From the NCBI GenBank assembly GCA_964036045.1, contig OZ038378.1:198834001-198898000 (forward strand): 64,000 nt of DNA, given 5' to 3'. The stretch is from Eutreptiella sp. 'Long Island Sound 2002'. Lineage: Eukaryota; Protista; Euglenida. Numbering within the stretch: the stretch's first letter is position 1; the number at the start of each line of letters is the position of its first letter. Below, one piece after another: positions 37,508 to 47,382 of the stretch. The translations under genes and the position numbers were made by a program. A model generated the notes under the pieces. The model was given only the letters and a program-made list of their open reading frames with translations, ran no database searches and was not told the origin of the DNA.

Positions 37508-38484
37508 CCCTGACCCACCTTGAAATTTTCCCGACTAGCGCGTGGCGGTCTTCCCCTTGGGGGGGGGGGTCACCAAGTGACAATCTCCCCCTTGGGGGGT
37601 TGGAGGGGAGATTGCAAGGGCATTTCAAGGCAAATTTTGGCACCCTACACTGATGCAAGCAAACATAACATAAATGAAGCGACTTTTGCATTGATGCTCT
37701 GCCAATGTGATTCATCTGGCATGGATGTTGTTGGGGGTCCAAAGGAATAGTAAAGAGTGTTTGCGTGCGAGAATAGCACAATTTGAGCTGTTGCACATGT
37801 TCCGTTTTGCATAACGGGCACAGGGTGTGGGGTTTGGGGCATGTGTTGGATATGGAAAATTGTATTTCACTCGTGCTGTATTTGAGGAAAAGTGGATCCC
37901 TAAGGGTTCGACACCCTCAAAGAGGTTGGTGCCGGCTCCCACGGCAAGAGCAAAGCTAGCCCCAAAGCGGGTGCCAAACCGGCCACATGCTCCAATGCCT
38001 CCTCTTCATCAAACCCCACGTGCACCCTTTGCCCATACTCTGCACATCAGTATCCTCCTCTAATTCACACTCACTTCATTCTCCTCATTGCTTGAAAGCA
38101 TGAAGTCCACATCGGAATACTCTTGTTGTGATTGATCATCACTCGATGTTGAACCCAATGATGAGGAATCCGAAGATGAAGGTGCAGATTTTGTGGGGAA
38201 TCATCATGTGTGCGTGAAAAATATGCCGTATCTTCCAAATCTGAAAGTTTCATTCCCTTTGGAAAATGTGCCATTTGAGTGCACACTGCCTTTGGAGAGA
38301 ACATCACCCAATACACACAAGTAACTGATTTGAAGCGATGGGAAAGCAATGCAAGATCGTGTGTGTGACAAATGGGGAACACAAACCACTCCGATAGATA
38401 TTGCCTTGCAAAACAGTGAAGTGACGCCCCCCCCCCCCCCGGGGGGGGATTGCAAGGGGGGAGGGAGTTCAAAGGGGGTTAGGG
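37508..38484. mobile_element. MITE family A, copy 2 (977 bp, TA-flanked, inverted relative to copy 1)
   Basis: Termini TA|ccctgacccaccttgaaatttt ... gagttcaaagggggttaggg|TA. Segments ~37640-37730 and ~38285-38400 match the reverse complement of ~2510-2590 and ~2235-2345. Confidence 0.7.
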
Positions 38485-38485
38485 T

Positions 38486-39309
38486 AACTATCCCGGCTTT
38501 AACCTCGGATTTACCCTCCCCCAGAGGAGCCCCCCAATTTGACCAGAGTGGACCACAAACCTTCCCCACAAAGCACGTTGTATTAGTCGAAATAGCCGAA
38601 TTCAACGACAATCCATCATGTATTGGCTAATAGGCAATTTGTCCCCCACAAGTGTGGGCATCAATGCATCCGCCACAATGCTCCTAGCACTCACCACAAA
38701 TTGTGATGGTGAAGCGCTTCCAACACAACGCGCACACATTTGTCTCATCCTCCCCCTCACCTTGTGTGGCGGCTAAGTTGCTCCGGTCCAAACACGAGGC
38801 GGGACATGGTCGCATGGCCCACAAGGAGGGTGATGGACTTGCCTCCGAATGCAACATTGTGTGAAATGCAACAAAACACACACGGATTGGTGCAACTCAT
38901 TGGGGCCGCCAGGCTAAATGATCCTAACCAAACCCCAATGCAACAACTGCCCTGTACCATCCATGCACATCTCTGCCTCATGCTTGGACTGACCAAAGGA
39001 ACTCAGCCACCACGCAAGATGAGGCAGAGGATGAGGCGGTAGTGTGTGTGTTGTGTTGTCAGAAGCGCTCCGCCGTCACAATTTGTGATGAGTGTAAGGA
39101 GCACTATTGTGCTGAATGTATTGACACCCACACTTGCGGGACCAATGTTGTTTGTTAAGTACAATACAAATGACATTTGGGTTTGTTGAATTCAAAGCTA
39201 TTGCCTTATTGTGCAACCCGCCTTGTAGGGAAGGTGTGCAGTGCAACGTGGTCCACTTGGGAGGCTTCTCCATGCGAGGGTAAATCTAGGGCTCAAGTCG
39301 GGATAGTTA
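38486..39309. repeat. Diverged inverted duplication (arms ~38486-38820 and ~38960-39309)
   Basis: Both arms share gagggtaaatc..gg.t.aag.cgggatagtta and a Cys-rich coding-like segment in opposite orientations. Confidence 0.75.
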
Positions 39310-39508
39310 AGAGAAAAGTAGCTCGCCGGGCGCGCGCCGGGAAAACACTCCCCCTTGGATGTGGCATATTTGAATTGTCACCCTTTGTTACCCGTTTTCA
39401 AACATTTTTATCCATTTTCCATCCCTCTTTTCTCCGCACCAATGGGAACCCGAGAAGGTAGGGGCGGTGTAGCCAGATTGATCTATCCCCGCACCCACGG
39501 CGATTTCT

Positions 39509-39917
39509 TTGATTTTGAGGTTGGGGCCCATGAAAGCGATTATAAAGGCCAGTTTCATGTCATTGTGCCATTCATTGGAAGAAAGAATGGACCTTGGACG
39601 GCCCTGCAGCAGTCCTCCCATAGTCCATGGGGGGGGGGGGGGTGACTCACCTGCCTGCGCATGCAAAATTGCGTAAAATGCAACAAAATACGGACTAACT
39701 AGTGCAAATCATTCGGGGCGCCACGCCAGATGTTCCTCACCAAGCCCCAATGCCACAAGCGAGCAAACAGCTGCTCAATGCGTGCCATATCCCACCCGTG
39801 CACGTGATCGTAGGATTGTTGGCGCACTATCAACGTGCCATTCTTTCTTCCTATGAATGGCACAATGACATGAATCCGGCCTTTGTGAGCACCATCATGG
39901 CCCCCAACTTCGAGATC
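39509..39917. repeat. Inverted repeat pair (~39509-39600 versus ~39830-39917)
   Basis: catgtcattgtgccattcattggaagaaagaatgg versus ccattctttcttcctatgaatggcacaatgacatg. Confidence 0.8.
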
Positions 39918-40239
39918 AAAGTGCACATGGACACATGCACGCATTTTAGGAACCACACAACACAACGAAACACAAAACAACACAACGCAACGCAAAAGCG
40001 CAACGAAGATTGTCCCAGATTCCTCAATGGCACCAGAAGATTCAACGAAGACCTGGCTAGTCATTATATTCCATCTACTTTAGATGGTTTCAATATTATC
40101 CACTCCAAATTAATGCGAGAAATGGATACTGACTGGCATCTTCGCTTCTTACATGCTAATGGTGCTGCTAGAGTGCGATCTTTTGGGGTACTCCTCTTTA
40201 ATCTTCTCTATGCTATTTTTTTTTTTGCAAGATACAGCC

Positions 40240-40590
40240 TACGGTGGAATTGCTACGTAACCCATGCATTCTCCGGGGTCCCCAAACAAGGTGAGAAAAT
40301 CAGAAGTGGCTGCCCCACCCTTGCCTTCTCGGGGGCCCAAAAGAGGGTAGAATTGCTATGTAACCCATGCATTCTCGGGGGTCCCCAAACAAGGGTACCA
40401 AATCAGAAGGGGCTGCCTCACCCTTGCCTTATTGGGGGCCCAAAAGAGGGCAAAATTGCTATGTAACCCCTGCATTCTCGGGGGGCCCCAAACAAGGGTA
40501 CAAAATCAGAAGTGGCTGCCTCACCCATGCTCTCTCCAAGGCCCAAAAGGGGGCGGAAATGCTACGTAAGCACCGCGTTCTTGGGGGCCA
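40240..40590. repeat. 103-bp tandem repeat, ~3.3 copies
   Basis: The aattgcta-type anchor recurs at 40248, 40351, 40454 and 40557. Confidence 0.9.
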
Positions 40591-42809
40591 TATCACAAGG
40601 TTTTCCGTGGCTCCCCGTAGCCCCTCAAAGATGGGATCAACGCCGCAACTGTTCCACAGGTCCTCTGCGCCTAGCTGTTTTGTCGCGGGCAAAGAAAGCG
40701 TCCTCTGCATTCTACTTTACACCGGAGAGGGAGTACGGCACTCATGTGGCACCCCCGTGGGGGCCAGCTCTGTCGTGGCCAACGTTCAGTGGTGCTTGCA
40801 CCGTGCAAGGGGCAAGGGCATCTACCTCTATGTGGTCTGGGGTGTGTGTGTCGGGGGGGAGGCATAACCGCAGTGGAAGGAGAGACTCATGCTCCCCATG
40901 CTCAAGAGAGTTCGTGCTTAGGGGGGGGGGGGGGGGCATGCCCCGCCCCTGGTTCGGCTTATCCATCAGTACACGTAAGGCGAAAACAAACAAGGGTGTC
41001 ATGGACTTGTCCCCAGTCATTCGTGCTTCCTGAGCTAGAATCGCTCGTGTCACTGGAACAATCGGTAGAGTCCGAGCATGAGGTGGCTTCCGCACTACCG
41101 GAGGTAACCAAAGACAAATCGGCACAGGAAATTATTTCGGTGCTGCACGTGTGCATAGAAAAGCGGTCACGGGAGGATGCAGTGAGAGTGTCCCCAACTG
41201 GACCTCGATGTACTCGGTGTGCTAGCTAGAGAGGCGGCTCGTGTCATACTAGCACAGGGGGAGCGCGGACAGTTCCCTCTGGGGAAGCGAACGGGGCGTG
41301 CACACAGGGGTCCGCCAGTTCTTCTGCCTGCCCGGCATGTCCGGTGCATGGCTTGACATTTGCCATCAGATGGTGCCCTGCTGATGGTTGGTACCCTGCT
41401 GATGGTTGGTACCCTGAGGTCATATGCTCAAGCCCGAGGGCACTAAGGAATGGTTCTGGGGTGGTGACACAAGGTACGTCTCCCGGGCTGTAGGAGGCTA
41501 CTGTGGAGCAGAGTCTGTGCTGGCCGTGTGCGTGGTACTTAGACTCTGTGCTGTGTAAGTGGACTAAGTAGTGGTAGTCGCCGGTGTGGCAAACATGCCC
41601 CCCACAGGCGGCACATCATGACGTGATGGGGGGAGGGGGGCGATGGCGAAGTAGCTCAATTGCCGCCATGAGTTCTCCCCGATTGTTGGTCTGCGACTCA
41701 TCTATAGGCAGGCAAAAATCGTGCAAGTTCGAGATTTGCATGCTGTATGTATGCCCCTCACCCACCTATCATGCCAGCACGCGGATGCAACTTTGCCGAG
41801 CCATCCGTATACCCCGTGACCCAGCCCTCATTTTCAAATGTTTGAATTTTATTCATGATATGCGCCGCCAGATCTGCATGCTCAACTTGCTTGTCCTTTT
41901 TGGCTGGGGCTGCAATTGGTCAGGTGTGGAACCGTCACTTTCGCTCCAGCCGCGCCTGCCCCACGGCCTTCCTTGCGTAATCAGTTCTCAAGTTCGGGCT
42001 TGTGGCCAGTGGCCTGTTGCATTGTCCCAGTGTTCCAGTCCCAGCCTCCCTGGCTGGGGTCAGGGCTGTGGGATCAGGGCTTTGGGTTCTGGGCTTTATC
42101 GCCTGGGTCACTTCGCCGCTTGAGTCCGGGGTTCGGGTCATGGCGTGCATTCGGTGTTCCATGTTTGGGTTGACTGCGCTTTAGGCGTGCTTGCTGGCGC
42201 TGGCCTCGCTTGGCCACACTCCCAACACTCAGTGGTCACCAGGGCATGGAGGGCTCGAGGTTCAAGTGGTCAGAGGTCAGCCGGTTTGGTTGCTGCCACC
42301 AACCCTGGCGAGTTACTAGGTCCTTAGGGTTGAAAACCTCCCCTGGGTACAGGTTGTTTGGAGTTAGTCGCAGGACATACAACATACAACATTCAGTTTG
42401 GGGGGGTAAAGCGTGCTCAATGGTCGAGGGGCGAGGGAGTTTCGCGCCATGAGCCCGGTGTACAGCAAGACTCGGTGGCACTATCAGATGCCACGTCAGG
42501 TCCTGGCGTTACACACCTGGAGTCCTCGGTGCTGCATTGGGTCGTTGTCGCTGTCCCCGACGACGCCGGGCTGTCCGGCGTTGCGCCCATATTGAAAGGG
42601 GGGGGGGAAATCCATGGCTACCAGATTCAGCAAGCCCAGTAGGTTCTGTGCCTCTCCCGGTGTCATTGGGGTTTTGGCTGGGGGGGGGGGGGATGGGGGA
42701 CGGTGGGCCCACGAAGCTCTGGGGCTGGAAGGACCTCCGTTTCATTATACGTTTGAACAAAGTGTTGACATTGTGATGGCGGTGTGGCAAGGTGCGCCAG
42801 CGGCCGCCA

Positions 42810-44190
42810 CTATAGCAGACATTGAATGTTATCTATCCACGCACAAAGAAACCCATTGACAGTAGGATGCCGCAAGAAATGTGCTTTGCAGCGCACCCCA
42901 CAGTGGGCCCTGTGGGCGATCCACAAGAGCAGAGAGTACACTGATTTGGTCGCTTCCAAGTTACCAAGCTGCAAGTTGGCAGTGTCCAGCCCAAATGCCT
43001 TGGACATGAGGACATACACATACGGGAAGAACTTGGAATACCTCAAAGTGTGAGTGATATTCTCTGGCTTAGTGGGGTAAATGGGGCATCAATCCGTGCT
43101 ACAAATAGAAAGTATCCTCTGCTGGACTTTGAGCTTAGACCAGCTTGCCGTATAGACAAATCCAAAGAGCCCTGGCGGATATTGGCAGTTCCACAAAGCT
43201 GCCCAGAACTCCTTTTCTTGTGTGTGTGTGACATGCGGGGAAGGAGCAATATGCTGTAAGGTCAGGGATTTAGCCCAACCATTCGCCCACGCCATAGGCC
43301 TGGACAACTCATTGATGTGTTTTTTGACGAAGTGGGAGAGCGCAGTTTCATAGATCGGAATCCATGTGGTTCCCATTAACATGCCATACGCTGGCCTGAC
43401 TCCGTTATGCTTGTCGAGCAGCTGATCTATCGTGAGGACGCCCCGCCTTACAAGCCGAGGGGCAACGTACGTGCGATAATGCTTAATTTGGAAAATTGCA
43501 CAATGCCATGCGTGTAGGGCCCTCACATCCTGCACTGGTAACAAATTTACGTGCCTCTGAGAAGGCTTGGAAGCTAGAGGCCAGAAAACAGGTAGGTTTC
43601 CACGGTTTACGCACTGAGCCCAACTGCAATAAGGGTATGACATGCGGTTTCATCATCAGACAAACTGTATCACCCCAACGTTTGAAGTGCTGCAGAGGAA
43701 TAGGCGGATAAATGCAAGACTCGGAAAGGTGTGCCATGAGTGGAAGCCCCGCCTGGGCCATGAGCCACGTGCAGGCTAGAGGTAGTGTGTGGCCCCCATG
43801 CTCCCTGGTTTGAGACAGATACAATGTGACACCCCAGGAATCAAACGAAAATAGCACATTGTAAACATTGGTGAGAGTGGCCGAGGTGGCTTGCTCAGCA
43901 ACATAGGCACGGCGGTCACCAGTGATAGGGGAAGAATCCAGGTTTTTAATAGAATCATTGGTTCTTTGATGGTTAATTCTAGATACGAGGCTTGCTTGGC
44001 TCTGCGGAAAGCTTCCGCCAGTGGCGCCGCAAAGGCTTTAACTGACAAGACATGACCGATCAGAACCCCTAGATCTTTGATAGACTTCTTTTTTTGGAAG
44101 GCACAGCCATCAATGGTCTGGTATGTAGCCACAAGTTGGTCATGCTTAACGACAAAGGCGGATTTTCTTGAATGAATCTGCAAAAGCTGC
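42810..44190 (-). mobile_element. Decayed L1/Tx1-like non-LTR retrotransposon ORF2 fragment (RT thumb to Zn knuckle)
   Basis: Minus-strand IHSRKSAFVVK, KKSIKDLGVLIG, MILLKTWILP, LYLSQTREHGGHTLP, SWSKLKVQQRI and CPIYPTKPENITHTL occur in LINE order, with frameshifts. Confidence 0.7.
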
Positions 44191-44609
44191 AAAAGCAGTG
44201 GAACTGGAACTGATGGTGGTTGGATCAACAGTGACGCACATGGCAGGACAGGCACAATTGTCTGTTATGCAGCCCCAGAGGGACGTCTATCTTCGTGTTT
44301 TTCAGAGTTGCAATGCACCTCCGCAGCGCTTGCCCCCAGTTCCGAGGCAGGCTGCCGCCGGGAGCCCCAGACCCTGAGGAGGGCGCTGATGAGGATGGGG
44401 ACGGTGGTCCAACGGTGTTTGCAGTGTGGCACCGCTGGCTGGCCCTAGAGCAGCTGCTGGCGGATTGCGAGGAGGCCAACAAGACGGCCTTGGCCCGGCT
44501 TCTGCTGAAGCAGTACTCCAGCATCACGTGGCAGCTGCAGGCCATGGGGTGTCCAGGCCCGCCATGGCACAGCTCCGAGCCTCCATGGCAGTCTCCCTCA
44601 GCGTGCACG

Positions 44610-44990
44610 CTGGGCGCGCTCGAAAGCACCATCGGACACTTGGAAGCCGCCGCCGGGATTGCAGGGCTGGTCAAAGCCGTGCTGGTGCTCCTCCATGAGA
44701 ATGACGTGCTGCGGCAACCGCCTCAACCGCCTCAGTCCTCACCTGTGGCCGGGTTCTCCCCGGTGGTGTTCATGTACAGCGGACAGGGCACCGCCTTTGT
44801 TGGCATGGGCCATGAGCTTTTCGACGCTGAGCCAGTGTCCCGGAGCGCCTTGACAGAGTGCACGGCCCTCATGGACGCGCAACTGCCAACCCCGTTGCTC
44901 TCAGTGATGCACCCAGCCATTGGTGGGGGGGGCGTTCAACGCGTTGTATTTGCAGGTTGCGACTTTTGCGTTGCAGTATGCGCATCCAGC
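44610..44990 (+). pseudogene. Type I polyketide synthase fragments (KS C-terminal piece fused to AT N-terminal piece)
   Basis: LGALESTIGHLEAAAGIAGLVKAVLVLLHE is the KS GHxExAAG motif. VVFMYSGQGTAFVGMGHELFDAEPV is the AT start. After a poly-G frameshift comes NALYLQVATFALQYA. Confidence 0.85.
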
Positions 44991-45021
44991 AGCCAGCACC
45001 CTGGGCCCTCCAGGAATACCG

Positions 45022-45243
45022 GATTTGGACTCAGCAGAAGAAGTGCCTGCACACTGCAGCATATTGGATTTGGTAGAAATGCCTGCACACTGCAGCACAG
45101 CCATATTGGATTTTGTGTACAAAAAGCCTGCACACTGCGGGTTAGCCGTATTGGATTTGGTAAAAGAATTGCCTGCACACTGCAATCTGGGCGTAGTGGA
45201 TTTGGAAGAAGAAACGCCTGCACGCTGCAACACAGGCACATTG
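45022..45243 (+). repeat. Five frame-preserving 42-45 bp repeats encoding D(L/F)..PA(H/R)C...(L/V)
   Basis: Unit lengths are 45, 42, 45, 45 and 45 nt, with a conserved gcctgcacactgc core. Confidence 0.9.
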
Positions 45244-45416
45244 CCCCCCAGCCTCCACCCTCTAGTGATGATAGTGCCTATGATATGTCACCGTCTTGGG
45301 AACCCGCAGTGGGAAAGAGTAACAACGGGTACTCCCATGCCCTCATGTTTGATGTGAAGGATCCAGTCTCGGTTGTCTCATGTGTCTTGGCTGAAGACCA
45401 GCAGGGTGTGGCAAGT

Positions 45417-45635
45417 GCCTTTGTACTCGTGGTAGGATTGACCAGCAGGAGTGTGTTTTTTTGTTTCCGTCCCAAAGAGAGCATTAAAAGTTTTCAATGC
45501 CGATTAGCAGAGACGGTTGGGGCTCCTGCTGGTTCTTTTTGGTTGAAGGTGGCCGGGAGATGGGTAGGGCCAGGTTGTGTTGGGGATTGGATGGAAATCG
45601 AAAGCTGGGTGAGCGTGGTATGGCGAGGGATTGGA
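45417..45635 (+). pseudogene. Ubiquitin-like domain fragment
   Basis: FVLVVGLTSRSVFFCFRPKESIKSFQCRLAETVGAPAGSFWLKVAGRW...SWVSVVWRGIG follows ubiquitin-fold spacing and ends in an RGxG-like tail. Confidence 0.55.
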
Positions 45636-45646
45636 GAACAAGGGCC

Positions 45647-47382
45647 CCAGACGTAGTCATCCATTGTGCAAGGGGAGCAGTGAAGAACACTTTCAAGGCC
45701 CTTCTTTGTGCACATTCCACAGTCTTGAAAAGCATGTTGGAAGGTCAATGGCGGGAGTCCCGCGAAGCCTCAATTTCCCTCACTGATTTTGAGGAGAGCA
45801 CGGTTACAGGTTTTTTGAACCTATGTGCTTTTGGCATTGCGCGACTCAGTTGGTATGATGCACTGTAATTGTTCAGGTTGTACCATTTGTACAATATGCA
45901 TTTGTACCTGGACAGTGTGCGGCGAGTGCTACGTCGCTTTGTAGACAGTACCACCGCCATATAGCTATATGCCTTTGGCCGGTTGCTTGACCTGTCTCTG
46001 AAGAACATAGCTGTTAGCTACCTGGTCCCCCGGTGTCTGCTTGGGCTTGGGGCTGGTGTCTGAGGGCGGGGAGATGTCTTCCTCGCGAGGGTCACGGTCC
46101 GCCAGCACTGCCATGACCGCCGTGATGTGCTCAGTGGTCGTGGACCATAGCCCCCGATCCCATGCCCGGTTCATCGCCAGCATCGCCAGGTCCCTGAGCA
46201 CCTTAAGAAGCATCCCGGTGAAGTGCTTCATCTTGCAGATAAAACCATTTTGGACGATATGTGTATGGAGGCAGTAACAGAATTGATAAAGGATGACCAT
46301 TTTGTTGCAGATGAGAGGGAGATTTTCAACTTTGTGTGGAGATGGGGAAGACACCACCAAAAAGAAGACGAGCACCTACACCAAACTATAGGTCCCCTTA
46401 TGCCACTGTTGTGCTGGAATTTGATGGACAGCGCACACTTCAAAAGGCCGCACAGTCTCTTGGCATGGAACGACTACCAAAAGTTTCTGCCATATTGCCT
46501 CGCTGGCGTTCTACACTGGATGCAGGCACAGTGTTCTGGTTGCAAAAGATTGACACGGCAACAACCAAGAGTTACATTTTTGAGAGGCCAATTGGAATGA
46601 ATACTCTACATTCAATTGACACACCCCTGTTTGAGGTAGGACGATTCATAGGGTATGTGCACAGTACCGTACAACAGGCAAATATTTGCCTTGAAATCCG
46701 CCCGCAACCTTTGTACCCCTGTGACGGTCTGTTGCTTGTGTGTGTGTCTGCACTCAAGTCTGGGGTTCCCTAGGCATGGTCTTTTAGACGCTGTTGTCGC
46801 AAAATGACTAATTCTTTCCACTTTTGGTTCAAGTTGAGCAAATGCCAGCAACACTCAAAGAAATTCAATTCTCGTCATGTGTGCAGGTTTGAGGTGCAGG
46901 TCCGGGCTGTAGATGCATCATGCAAAGCATCCACGCTTCTTTAACTGAAGGAAAGCCAAATGTTGGGCGGGCATAGGCACGTTATGGAAAAGCACACAAT
47001 GCAAATCAGAGTCCCCAAAGTTGCTTTTTACAGGGATGCCCATGCATTTTTCCACCCCTTTGATGCTTTTGGGGTTGGGTGGAGGCTAGACATTCGTTTC
47101 TGCTACAACGATGAGCGCAGGTCTAAGTATGTTCTGGTCCGCAAGCATAAATCTGGGGTTTTGCACACGCCATTTCCAGGAAGCACCTACGTTGCCACCT
47201 TTCCACATCCAAGTGGGAGTCTAGATCTTTTGAAACAAGGTTCATCAGAACTAAAATTGCGTAATGGGGCGGTGTCAGGAGAGGTGACGATTACGTGGAA
47301 GGCAGCAAACCCATGGTGCAGTTTTGCACAAAGCGATCAGCATATCATTGTACAGTCCTCTTTGCTGTACATGCATGCATGA
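45647..47382 (+). pseudogene. BTB/POZ-BACK protein pseudogene with a possible MATH-like C-terminus
   Basis: BTB: PDVVIHC...KALLCAHSTVLKSMLEGQWRESREASISLTDFEE, with in-frame stops at 45866 and 45962. BACK: LIKDDHFVADEREIFNFVWRWGRH, in the same frame. Downstream PFDAFGVGWRLDIRF resembles a MATH strand (low confidence). Confidence 0.8.

Noticed and set aside
44295-45656. Single 453-aa PKS protein
   Set aside because: It is a chance read-through of unrelated fragments. The PKS part lacks most of KS and AT and shifts frame.
46025-46238. Canonical GT-AG intron in the BTB gene
   Set aside because: Removing it (214 nt) puts BACK out of frame.
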